A stretch of 64,000 nt of DNA, from assembly GCA_002439085.1 (NCBI GenBank), contig DJSW01000015.1, positions 25,393-89,392 of the forward strand. The letters run 5' to 3'. The DNA is from Alphaproteobacteria bacterium UBA6324 (GTDB taxonomy: Bacteria; Pseudomonadota; Alphaproteobacteria; CAAGCB01; CAG-977). The notes beneath the pieces were generated by a model. The model worked only from the letters and a program-made list of their open reading frames with translations. It was not told where the DNA came from and made no database searches. Positions within the stretch are counted from its first letter, which is position 1; each line of letters starts with the position of its first letter. A program made the translations under genes and the position numbers. This document shows positions 16,294 through 24,708 of this stretch, piece by piece.

Positions 16294-17055
16294 ATGATTG
16301 AAAAATTCGATTTTTTCTTTCCCGCCGCGGGGGAAAACAGGAAAATCCACCTGTACCTGCCCGACGATTACAACGAAACGGACGAACGCTATCCCGTCAT
16401 GTATATGTTCGACGGACACAACTTGTTTTACGATTCGGACGCGACCTATGGCAAAAGCTGGGGGATGAAGGATTTTCTCGACCGTTGGGAAAAGAAAATC
16501 ATCGTCGTCGGTCTGGAATGTTCCCACACGGGCAACGACCGGCTGCGCGAATACTGCCCCTATCATTGGGATTCGTTCGTCGGTCCGATCGACGGGACGG
16601 GCGACGACACCATGCGATGGATCGTCAACGATGTCAAACCGTTCATCGACGCCGATTTCCGCACTTGGCCGCACCGCGCGGCGACCGGTATAGGCGGCAG
16701 CTCGATGGGCGGATTGATGGCGCTGTACGCCGCGATCCGCTATAACGCCGTGTTTTCAAAGGCCGCCTGCGTGTCGTCCGCCATCGGGTTTTGCGGCAAA
16801 CAGCTGCGCGCCGCGATTCAGGAATGCCCCATGGACGCGGACACCAAGGTTTTCCTCAGCTGGGGATCGAACGAAAGCGGTTCCCCGCGCGGCAAAGCGA
16901 TCGCCAACGCGTGCAACAAATCCATTAACGATCATTTGTACCGCAAAGGCGTCCAGCCCTATATGTTCCGGCAGATCGGCGGCCGCCATTGCGAAGCCGA
17001 TTGGGAAAAACAAGTGCCGTTGTTTATGAACTGGCTGTGGCTGGACAGAATCTGA
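16294..17055 (+). CDS. alpha/beta hydrolase, putative esterase family
   Basis: 253 aa. A GGAGG SD lies 13 nt after the polA stop, so it is probably co-transcribed. Motifs: YPVMYMFDGHN and the nucleophile elbow GGSSMGG. Confidence 0.7.
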   Translation: MIEKFDFFFPAAGENRKIHLYLPDDYNETDERYPVMYMFDGHNLFYDSDATYGKSWGMKDFLDRWEKKIIVVGLECSHTGNDRLREYCPYHWDSFVGPIDGTGDDTMRWIVNDVKPFIDADFRTWPHRAATGIGGSSMGGLMALYAAIRYNAVFSKAACVSSAIGFCGKQLRAAIQECPMDADTKVFLSWGSNESGSPRGKAIANACNKSINDHLYRKGVQPYMFRQIGGRHCEADWEKQVPLFMNWLWLDRI

Positions 17056-17070
17056 TTTCACCATAAAAAC

Positions 17071-17104
17071 AAAAAAAAGCCCCTGCCGGACGCGCCGACA
17101 GGGG
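17071..17104 (-). terminator. rho-independent terminator downstream of flgE
   Basis: On the minus strand: CCCCTGTCGG-cgcgt-CCGGCAGGGG followed by CTTTTTTTT. Confidence 0.75.
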
Positions 17105-17134
17105 TAAAGGAAGAATGATTTTTTATCAAAGGGA

Positions 17135-20100
17135 CTACCGCTTGATGGTCAGCAGTTCCTCCAACATGGAATCCGCGGTGGTGATGATCTTCGACGCGGC
17201 GGAATAGGCGCGCTGGGTCGTGATCATATCCGTGAATTCCTCGGCGATATCGACGGTGGAATCTTCCAGCGCGTTGGCCGAAATGACGCCCGCGCCGCCT
17301 TCGCCCGCCGTGCGCAGCGTGGCGTTGCCCGACGATGTCGTTTCGATGTACGCGTTGCCGGTCAGGGCTTCCAACGCGTTGGCGTCAACAAACGTCGCCA
17401 GCGGGATCTGCGCGATCGCGCGGGTTTCGCCGTTGTCGAAAATCGCGGTGACGATGCCGTCTTCGGAAATCGAAACGCCGGTGTAGGAACCGTACTTTGC
17501 GCCGTCCTGCGTGACAAAGTTCGTCGTGAACTTGCCCGCCAGCTGGGTCAGGCCGTTCGCCGTCCCCGTGTCGCCGATGTACAGGTTGATCTGCGAGCTT
17601 TCGTAATAGTTGCCGGTCATGTCGCTGGCGCCGTTCGCCCATTCCAGCGCGATCTTGTCGGTGTTGATCGCCTTGGGCGTGCCGTCGGCGTTGAAACTGA
17701 CCGCGGGGATCAGCGATCCGCTCTGCGCGTTTTCGACGTTGTTGAACGAAAACGTGTTCGTCAGCACCAGCATCCCGTCGGTGTCCGGCTGGTTCAGCTG
17801 TTTGCCGTTGTCTTTGCCGACCACGTCCAGCGCCGTGCCGATGCCCTTTTGCGACAGGGATGTCGCGCCGGTTTCCGTCGTCGTCTGCGTGTTGTCAACG
17901 GTGAAATCCGTCGTTTGGATCGGATAGCCGTCGAACGCGCTGACTTCGGCCTTGGCGCCGTTCTGCTTGTCGGCGATGTTCGCTTTTTCGCACAAAGCCG
18001 TCATCATGCCGATCGCCGTGACGTTGTCGGTCATCGTGCCGAACCCTTGGTTGGTCGCGTTGTCGGAATCCACAACGTACCCCGTCAGGGTCAGCGTGTC
18101 CGTGCCGTCGCTGATGCCGCCCAGCGCGTCGGCCAGATTGACCAGCGTCGCCGCCAGATCCGCGCCCAGCTGGATGTCCGTCGGGGCGGTCGGGGTCGCC
18201 GTGACCTTGCGCGTCGTCCCGTCGGCCAGCGTGATCACGGAACCGTCGGTCAGATTGGCGTTGAATTTGAACGTCTGCGTGTTGATATGCTTTCTGATAT
18301 CAATGCTGGTGGACGTTTCGTCGGCCTTGGCGAACGTGTAGGTTTTGCCGCTGATCGTCACGTTTTTGCCGATATAGTCGGTGGCTTTCGTGCCCGTGAA
18401 TTCCAGAACGGATTTTTTCAGTTCGGCCGTCCAGTCGGTTTGGTTCAGATAACCGTTCGACGAAACCATCGTCGCGCCGTTGACCTGAAAATAATTGCTC
18501 AGATCCGTCACGCCCGTCGTGTTCTGGTAATAGGCCTTGACCGTGTTGTACAGTTCGTTCATCACGGCGACGGGTGCGGCTTTCGTGCCGTCCTGTTCGG
18601 CGAACCCGTCGATGTTGACGGCGATCGTGTCGTCATCCAAAACCGTACCGGATGCGATGCCTTTGACGAATTTGAAGTTTTTCGCCGTACCGCCCGCGAT
18701 GTCGCCGATCGTGACGAACTGGTTGGCATAGGCCGCGACGCTGGTCGTTTGGAACGTGATCGACGCGGAATCGCCCGAATTGACCAGAATGTTCGCCCCC
18801 GTCGATGTCGGATTGATTTCCAGCGTCGAACCGGACGCGACGTAACGGGTGTAGTCGGGTTCGTTGTCGTTGATGCTCTGTTTCAACAGGCTGACCAGCT
18901 TGACCGTGTCGATCTTGCCCGTCGCGTTGTTGATCAGGTTGGCGATATTGACCGTGACGACGCCGTCGGTCGTTTCGGCTTCGACATCGCGGAACACATA
19001 GATGTTCTGGCCGATCGTGACGGATTTATCCAGATAGTCCGCCAGATTGTCGCTGGAAAAGTCGATACGGGCGGTGTTTTTAACGTCCCAGTCGATTTCC
19101 GGCAGCTCGAATTCGCCCGTCGAAATGCCCGTCACGGGGTCGGGATTCGTCGCGGATTGCAGACAGGCCGTTGTCGAAACCTTGAATTTTACGGACGAAC
19201 CGCCGGTGGATTGCTGGACTTCGATCGTCGTGCCGTCCGCGCCGACGGTGAAACGTCCCGCGCTGGGCAGGGTTGCCTGAATCACGTCGTTGAATTTTTC
19301 AACGGCGTCCGCGACGGTCACGATGCCGGAACTCAAATCGACCGGAACGACGACTTCGTTCGCTTTGGGCGAATAGCTGGTTGAACCGTCCTTGGTAAAT
19401 TCAAAGACGTAGGTTTTGCCGTTCGTTTCCATCGAAATCGTGGAATGGTTCGTCGGAATGGACGTGAATTCCATCTGCGCGCGGGCGGAATAAACGTCCT
19501 GCGTCGCGTCGTTCGTCGTTTCGGCGGAACTGTAGGTGATCAACGTCGCCGCGCCCGACGGCATTCCGATGTCCAGCGACCACGTGCCGTTTTCCGTTTT
19601 TGTAAAGGTCAGTTTCGCATTGTGCGAATTGCCCAAGGAATCGTAAATCAAAACGGATGAGCTGTAACGGCCGCCGGCTTCGGGATTGGCGGGGTCGAAC
19701 GCGGGGGCGTCGGCGGGCAGGTTCGCGCCAAACGAAATGTTCTGCGTTTCCTGCGCCGTGCCGCCGATCGTGTTCAAATTGATCGGGCGCATATTGGTCG
19801 AATCAATGATGTTGTCGTTGACGTAAACCGTCGAACCCGTCGAATCGGTGTAGGCTTTCATAAACATATTGTCGCCGATTTTGACCAGCGAAGCGTTTTC
19901 TTCGCCGTCAAAGGCCATCAGCGGCCACGCCTGCAGGTAATAACCGTTGTCGTTTTTCAAATATCCGTCCTGATCGACGCTGAAATTGCCGACGCGGGTA
20001 TAGCTCCACAAATCGTCTTTGGACGGCTGGGACGTGCCGGTCGTCACAAAAAAACCGTTGCCGGAAATGCCCATGTCCGTGGAATAGGACGTGGACGACA

Positions 20101-20323
20101 GCAACCCTTGAACGTCAACGCCGGCGCGGGTGCGGCATTGCACGCCGCCGCTGGTGTAGCGCGTGGACGATGTCTGTTTCGTCACCAGCGTTGAAAAGCT
20201 GGCGGAATTGGCCTTGTATCCGACGGTGCTGACGTTGGCGATGTTGTCCGAAATGATGCTCATGGCGGACGACTGCGCGTTCAATCCCGAAACGCCGGAT
20301 TTCAATGCTCCGAATAAACTCAT
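17135..20323 (-). CDS. flgE: flagellar hook protein FlgE, unusually long (1062 aa)
   Basis: N-terminus MSLFGALKSGVSGLNAQSSAMSIISDNIANVSTVGYK. C-terminus TVDIAEEFTDMITTQRAYSAASKIITTADSMLEELLTIKR. A very large Thr/Gly/Asn/Asp-rich central insert lies between them. Confidence 0.9.
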   Translation of the reverse strand: MSLFGALKSGVSGLNAQSSAMSIISDNIANVSTVGYKANSASFSTLVTKQTSSTRYTSGGVQCRTRAGVDVQGLLSSTSYSTDMGISGNGFFVTTGTSQPSKDDLWSYTRVGNFSVDQDGYLKNDNGYYLQAWPLMAFDGEENASLVKIGDNMFMKAYTDSTGSTVYVNDNIIDSTNMRPINLNTIGGTAQETQNISFGANLPADAPAFDPANPEAGGRYSSSVLIYDSLGNSHNAKLTFTKTENGTWSLDIGMPSGAATLITYSSAETTNDATQDVYSARAQMEFTSIPTNHSTISMETNGKTYVFEFTKDGSTSYSPKANEVVVPVDLSSGIVTVADAVEKFNDVIQATLPSAGRFTVGADGTTIEVQQSTGGSSVKFKVSTTACLQSATNPDPVTGISTGEFELPEIDWDVKNTARIDFSSDNLADYLDKSVTIGQNIYVFRDVEAETTDGVVTVNIANLINNATGKIDTVKLVSLLKQSINDNEPDYTRYVASGSTLEINPTSTGANILVNSGDSASITFQTTSVAAYANQFVTIGDIAGGTAKNFKFVKGIASGTVLDDDTIAVNIDGFAEQDGTKAAPVAVMNELYNTVKAYYQNTTGVTDLSNYFQVNGATMVSSNGYLNQTDWTAELKKSVLEFTGTKATDYIGKNVTISGKTYTFAKADETSTSIDIRKHINTQTFKFNANLTDGSVITLADGTTRKVTATPTAPTDIQLGADLAATLVNLADALGGISDGTDTLTLTGYVVDSDNATNQGFGTMTDNVTAIGMMTALCEKANIADKQNGAKAEVSAFDGYPIQTTDFTVDNTQTTTETGATSLSQKGIGTALDVVGKDNGKQLNQPDTDGMLVLTNTFSFNNVENAQSGSLIPAVSFNADGTPKAINTDKIALEWANGASDMTGNYYESSQINLYIGDTGTANGLTQLAGKFTTNFVTQDGAKYGSYTGVSISEDGIVTAIFDNGETRAIAQIPLATFVDANALEALTGNAYIETTSSGNATLRTAGEGGAGVISANALEDSTVDIAEEFTDMITTQRAYSAASKIITTADSMLEELLTIKR

Positions 20324-20410
20324 GTCATTCTCCTTTTAGTTTGGTCTTTCCCGTTTCTGTTCTGAAACGGAAAAGGTGCTTTGCGCCGGATTATTCTTTC
20401 CGACTTTGTT

Positions 20411-21151
20411 TTAAACCGTTTGCGTCGCATCGTCCGACGCGTCGCCGGACGCGTCCGGCTGTTGTTTGTCCGGCGCGTGAATCGCCAGAATGCTGTTCAT
20501 ATCGACGGCGACATCGCCCATACCGATCGCGACCGTGCTGCCGTCATAGGCGACGCCCGTGACTTTTCCGAACACCGTTTTTTGAACCTCGACCGTCGAA
20601 CCGGTCGAATCGATCGCCGTGACGACCAGAACATAAGCGCCGTCTTCCAACTGGTTGCCGTTGTTGTCCTTGCCGTCCCACGTCATTTCATGACGACCGG
20701 AGGAACGTTCCACGCCGGTGAACGTTTTGACGTAATTGCCCGACGCGTCTTTGATCGCGACGACGCAGGACGCCGCGTCCGCGCCAAGGATGTAGGAAAA
20801 TTTCGCGCTTCCGTCCTGCAGCGGCAGGTAATCGCTCAACGCCTGCACGGTCTGATCCATATAGCTGATCGCCTGCGTCGCCATGCTGTTGACGTTCTGC
20901 GCGACGATCGTTTCCAGATATTCGTTGCTTTGGATGCTTTGTTCGACCTGCGCGTATTGAACCAGCTGGTTGGTGTATTCGCTGGTGTCCATGGGGTCGA
21001 GGGGATCCTGATATTTCAACTGCTGCGTCAACAGGTACAGGAACGCTTCCATATCGTCGAACAACTGTGTTTTCGACGACGCCGAATCCTTTCCCGATGT
21101 CTGCGCGTTGGTCAACACGTCCAAACCGCTGATGGATGATGTGTCCGCCAT
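20411..21151 (-). CDS. flgD: flagellar hook assembly/capping protein FlgD
   Basis: 246 aa with the FlgD motif FLYLLTQQLKYQDPLDPMDTSEYTNQLVQYAQVEQ, plus a C-terminal Ig/FlgD-Tudor-like region. Confidence 0.9.
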   Translation of the reverse strand: MADTSSISGLDVLTNAQTSGKDSASSKTQLFDDMEAFLYLLTQQLKYQDPLDPMDTSEYTNQLVQYAQVEQSIQSNEYLETIVAQNVNSMATQAISYMDQTVQALSDYLPLQDGSAKFSYILGADAASCVVAIKDASGNYVKTFTGVERSSGRHEMTWDGKDNNGNQLEDGAYVLVVTAIDSTGSTVEVQKTVFGKVTGVAYDGSTVAIGMGDVAVDMNSILAIHAPDKQQPDASGDASDDATQTV

Positions 21152-21164
21152 GGCTTAATCCTCC

Positions 21165-23144
21165 CTATACTCTGATATTCAAGGCGTAAAGCCCCGAATC
21201 CGCCGCTTCGTCCGCGACATCGCCCGTTGCGGCGTCCGCCCCGTCCGCGGTTTCCCGCCGCCCGTTTTCACCGCGGCGGCCGTCGTCGTCGAACCGTTCG
21301 CCGCGATAGTTGAACGAAAACGATTCGTCGTTCATATTAAATCCGCTGTCCGCCAAAGACTGCTTCAACCCGTCCAGATCGGCGCGCAGCAAATCGACCG
21401 TTTCCGACCGCGCGCCGGACAGGACGGCTTTCATATTGCCATCTTTGTCGATTTCCAAATGCACTTTGATCGTGCCCAGCTCCTTGTGCTTCACAATAAC
21501 GTCGATCTTGTCCAAACCGGCTTTCAACGCCTTTTTGATGCTGACTTTGATCTGGTCGGCCACTTCGCGGGCAGGCGCGTGCTTCACCGCCGGCGCCGCC
21601 TCGGAAACCGCCTTGCCTTTCAATCCCTGATGAACGGCGGCGAAAGGCTGCCCCGCGGGCGCGGACGAAACGGGGGCGGCGGCAGCCGTCTGCGATCCGT
21701 TTTCGGCGGTTGTGTCGGCGGCGGCGAAATTTTGCGCCGTCTGCTCAACGGGCAAAGGAACGACGTTTCCGTTCTCGCCCGCCGCCGGACGTTCGGCCGC
21801 CTGCTGTTGACGCGGCGCCGCTTTGTCGAACGATTTGACCGCCGCCTGTTCGACCGGACGAACCGCCTGTTCCGATTCCACACCGAACAGCGAAACCGTG
21901 TTTTCCTCCGGCGTCGCGACCGTTTTGCGCGGCGCGGCGTCCCGCTGTTTCAACGCATGATGTTCCGGCGCGGCCTGCGCAACGGGTGCGTTTATTTCAA
22001 CGCTGATCGCGATTTTCACATCGGACGGCAAACGGCGCGCCAAATCCTCCGCCTGACGACGCGTCCGCGCGTCCGCCGTTTGATCGAAATCAAAGAACCG
22101 ATCCTGAAAATCAACCGCATCCGCCGTAACGGGGGCGTTGTTTTCCGCCTGAAGAACCGGACGTTTTTCCACTGTTTTTTCCGAATGATCCGGAACAGCG
22201 GCAACAGCTGGCGTTTCCGATTTTATTTCAGCGACCGACGCATCGACAACCTCGGCCGCTTTCGCCAACCGCGGCTTGACCTGTTCGGGAACGGCCGCTT
22301 CATTGTTTTCCACCGGCGCGGCGAAGTCAGCATCCGGACGAACAACAACCGCTTCCGGCGTTTTTACAACAGGCGTGTTTTCCGCAGTTTTTATGACGCT
22401 TTGTTCCGGAACGGCGATCGGCAAATTTTGCATAACGGGCGCATCGTCGCCGTCCGTTTCCGCCCGATCCGCGATTTGCCCGACCGACGCGGCCGTTTCG
22501 GCCACCCGCGATGCGGCAACCGTTTCTGGCGCGGGAGCGTTATTCACCGCCCCCTGCAGAGCCGCGTGAATCAAAATATCCGCCGCCGTCAATTCGTCCG
22601 CGGGAACCGAACGCGCTTCGCCGCTGTCCCGATCGACCGGCGCGGCGACCGTTTCAAACACGGGAAAAGCGGATTGATCAACCGTTCCCGCCCCGTCCGT
22701 TTGCGGCACGACGATCACTTGCGCCGCCGACGCTTCGACATTCTTTTCCGGCACGGGAATCTTTTGCCCATTCGCAGCCACATCCGCCGCGGCGGTTTGA
22801 ACCGGACGGTCTTCGTTCGTTTTTTCACAGGCGCGGGTGCGTTTCAAATGAATCTTCACGACCCTGACGTTTTCCGACGCGCCGCTTTTCGTCCTGAAAT
22901 CCTTCATGGCGGACGAATTGTCGGCGCGCGCGCTCATATTGCTGAAAAAAGTTTCGGCGCTTTTTTCCGTTTTGCCGGAACGCACCTGATCCAACACTTT
23001 CAGGAACGCCTCGCCCGTTTTCATGGCGTCGCCCGATTTTGACGCCTGCGCGGCCGCGTTCGATTCGGCGGCGGAAAACGGCGTTTCCAACCCCGCCGCG
23101 TTCGGCGTCGTACTCATCAAAAAATTAAAAGCGGACAAATCCAT
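21165..23144 (-). CDS. fliK: flagellar hook-length control protein FliK
   Basis: Track ORF 21165..23288. The likely start is the ATG at 23144 (MDLSAFNFLMS...). It has a long Ala/Pro/Val/Glu-rich disordered middle. The C-terminal FliK domain reads VADQIKVSIKKALKAGLDKIDVIVKHKELGTIKVHLEIDKDGNMKAVLSGARSETVDLLRADLDGLKQSLADSGF. Confidence 0.8.
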   Translation of the reverse strand: MDLSAFNFLMSTTPNAAGLETPFSAAESNAAAQASKSGDAMKTGEAFLKVLDQVRSGKTEKSAETFFSNMSARADNSSAMKDFRTKSGASENVRVVKIHLKRTRACEKTNEDRPVQTAAADVAANGQKIPVPEKNVEASAAQVIVVPQTDGAGTVDQSAFPVFETVAAPVDRDSGEARSVPADELTAADILIHAALQGAVNNAPAPETVAASRVAETAASVGQIADRAETDGDDAPVMQNLPIAVPEQSVIKTAENTPVVKTPEAVVVRPDADFAAPVENNEAAVPEQVKPRLAKAAEVVDASVAEIKSETPAVAAVPDHSEKTVEKRPVLQAENNAPVTADAVDFQDRFFDFDQTADARTRRQAEDLARRLPSDVKIAISVEINAPVAQAAPEHHALKQRDAAPRKTVATPEENTVSLFGVESEQAVRPVEQAAVKSFDKAAPRQQQAAERPAAGENGNVVPLPVEQTAQNFAAADTTAENGSQTAAAAPVSSAPAGQPFAAVHQGLKGKAVSEAAPAVKHAPAREVADQIKVSIKKALKAGLDKIDVIVKHKELGTIKVHLEIDKDGNMKAVLSGARSETVDLLRADLDGLKQSLADSGFNMNDESFSFNYRGERFDDDGRRGENGRRETADGADAATGDVADEAADSGLYALNIRV

Positions 23145-23186
23145 TCGAGTGTTCCCTTGCGTAAAACAAAAGCCCGAACACTCAGA

Positions 23187-23202
23187 TGCAACACCCGTGC
23201 CA
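23187..23202 (-). promoter_or_regulatory. sigma54 (-24/-12) promoter for fliK-flgD-flgE
   Basis: The minus strand reads TGGCAC-GGGTG-TTGCA, matching the TGGCAC-N5-TTGCW consensus. The -12 element is ~45 nt upstream of the fliK ATG. Confidence 0.7.
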
Positions 23203-23258
23203 AATTTTAAAACCGGAAAAACCTCTCGCCGCTTTTTTCCGAATCGGATGATTTCCGG

Positions 23259-23285
23259 AACGCGAAGTGGTATCATATTCGCGTT
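23259..23285. promoter_or_regulatory. 8-bp perfect inverted repeat (candidate enhancer/operator site)
   Basis: AACGCGAA-N11-TTCGCGTT. It lies ~60-85 bp upstream of the sigma54 promoter and 29-55 bp upstream of the divergent fucO ATG. Confidence 0.3.
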
Positions 23286-23313
23286 CAATCATTTCAATGA
23301 AAGGATTCCGAAT

Positions 23314-24471
23314 ATGTCTAAACGCTTTATTTTGAATGAAACCAGCTATCACGGTCACGGCGCCGTCAACGAAATCGTGACGGAAATCAAATCCCGCGGC
23401 TTTAAAAAGGCTTTGATCGTCACCGACGCCGATTTGGTCAAATTCAACGTCGTCAAAAAAGTCACGGACATTCTGGACGCGAACGGATTCGCCTATGACG
23501 TTTTCGACCGCGTCAAGGCCAACCCCAGCGTCGCCGTCGTCAAGGCCGGCGTCGAAGCGTTCAAAAAATCCGGCGCGGATTACATGATCGCAATCGGCGG
23601 CGGATCGCCGCAGGATACGGCGAAAGGCATCGGCATCATCATCAACAACCCCGAATTCGCCGATGTCACTTCGCTGGAAGGCGTCGCCCCGACCAAACAC
23701 AAAAGCGTCCCCGTCATCGCCGTTGCGACGACCGCGGGCACGGCCGCCGAAACGACGATCAACTACGTCATCACGGACGAGGAAAAACGCCGCAAGTTCG
23801 TTTGCGTCGATCCGCACGACATCCCCGTCGTCGCCATTGTCGATCCCGACATGATGTCGTCGATGCCGCGCGGGCTGACCGCCGCCACGGGCATGGACGC
23901 CCTGACCCACGCGATCGAAGGGTACACGACGCTGGGCGCGTGGGAATTGGCGGACGCGCTGAACCTCAAAGCGATTCAGCTGATTTCCAAATCCTTGCGC
24001 AAAGCCGTCGAAAACGACCCCGACGGACGCGAAGGAATGGCGTTGGGGCAATACGTCACGGGCATGGCGTTTTCAAACGTCGGATTGGGCGTCGTGCACG
24101 GCATGGCGCACCCGCTCAGCGCGTTTTACAACACGCCGCACGGTGTCGCGAACGCCGTTTTATTGCCCTATGTGATGGAATTCAACGCGGAATACACGGG
24201 TGAAAAGTTCCGTGAAATCGCCCGCATGATGGGCGTTGAAAACGTCGATTCGATGACGCAACCCGAATACCGCAAAGCCGCGATCGACGCCGTGCGCCGC
24301 CTGTCTTTGGATGTCGGCATCCCGCAAACGCTGAAAGAAATCGGCGTCAAGGAAGACGACCTGCCCGCTTTGGCGGACGCGGCGATGGCGGACGTCTGCA
24401 CGGGCGGCAACCCGCGCCCCTGCACCAAAGAGTTGGTGCTGGGCGTGTATAAAAAAGCGTTCAACGGCTAA
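23314..24471 (+). CDS. fucO: lactaldehyde reductase / L-1,2-propanediol oxidoreductase (iron-type alcohol dehydrogenase)
   Basis: The ATG at 23314 lies inside track ORF 23023..24471. The sequence is near-collinear with E. coli FucO as I recall it: ILNET.., ADY(M/L)IAIGGGSPQDT, TINYVITDEEKRRKFVCVDPHDIP, VHGMAHPL.AFYNTPHGVANA, DVCTGGNPR. Confidence 0.9.
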   Translation: MSKRFILNETSYHGHGAVNEIVTEIKSRGFKKALIVTDADLVKFNVVKKVTDILDANGFAYDVFDRVKANPSVAVVKAGVEAFKKSGADYMIAIGGGSPQDTAKGIGIIINNPEFADVTSLEGVAPTKHKSVPVIAVATTAGTAAETTINYVITDEEKRRKFVCVDPHDIPVVAIVDPDMMSSMPRGLTAATGMDALTHAIEGYTTLGAWELADALNLKAIQLISKSLRKAVENDPDGREGMALGQYVTGMAFSNVGLGVVHGMAHPLSAFYNTPHGVANAVLLPYVMEFNAEYTGEKFREIARMMGVENVDSMTQPEYRKAAIDAVRRLSLDVGIPQTLKEIGVKEDDLPALADAAMADVCTGGNPRPCTKELVLGVYKKAFNG

Positions 24472-24708
24472 TTCCACCTAACGCGCGAAGCCTCTTGAAA
24501 AAAGAGGCTTCGCCCCGAGAGCCGGACATCCCGCCTTAAAAAGCGCGCTTCACTTCGATCGTCATGGTGTGGTCGGTGTAATGCGTGCGGAAATATTATT
24601 TTTTTAATCCATACAAGTTAAAAACGAAATAAAAAAACGCTTGACTTAAAGCAAGGTTTAAGAAATAGCCTGTCAGCAATGACAACTTTGGAAAAGGAGC
24701 TTTCAGTC

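Noticed and set aside
24480-24708. TPP riboswitch or other leader upstream of the DXS-like gene
   Set aside because: None of the conserved THI-element blocks (CUGAGA ... ACCUGAUCUGGAUAAUGCCAGCG-like) can be read on either strand. The region contains a hairpin after fucO (GAAGCCTCTT-gaaaaa-AGAGGCTTC) without a T-run, plus AT-rich promoter-like sequence.
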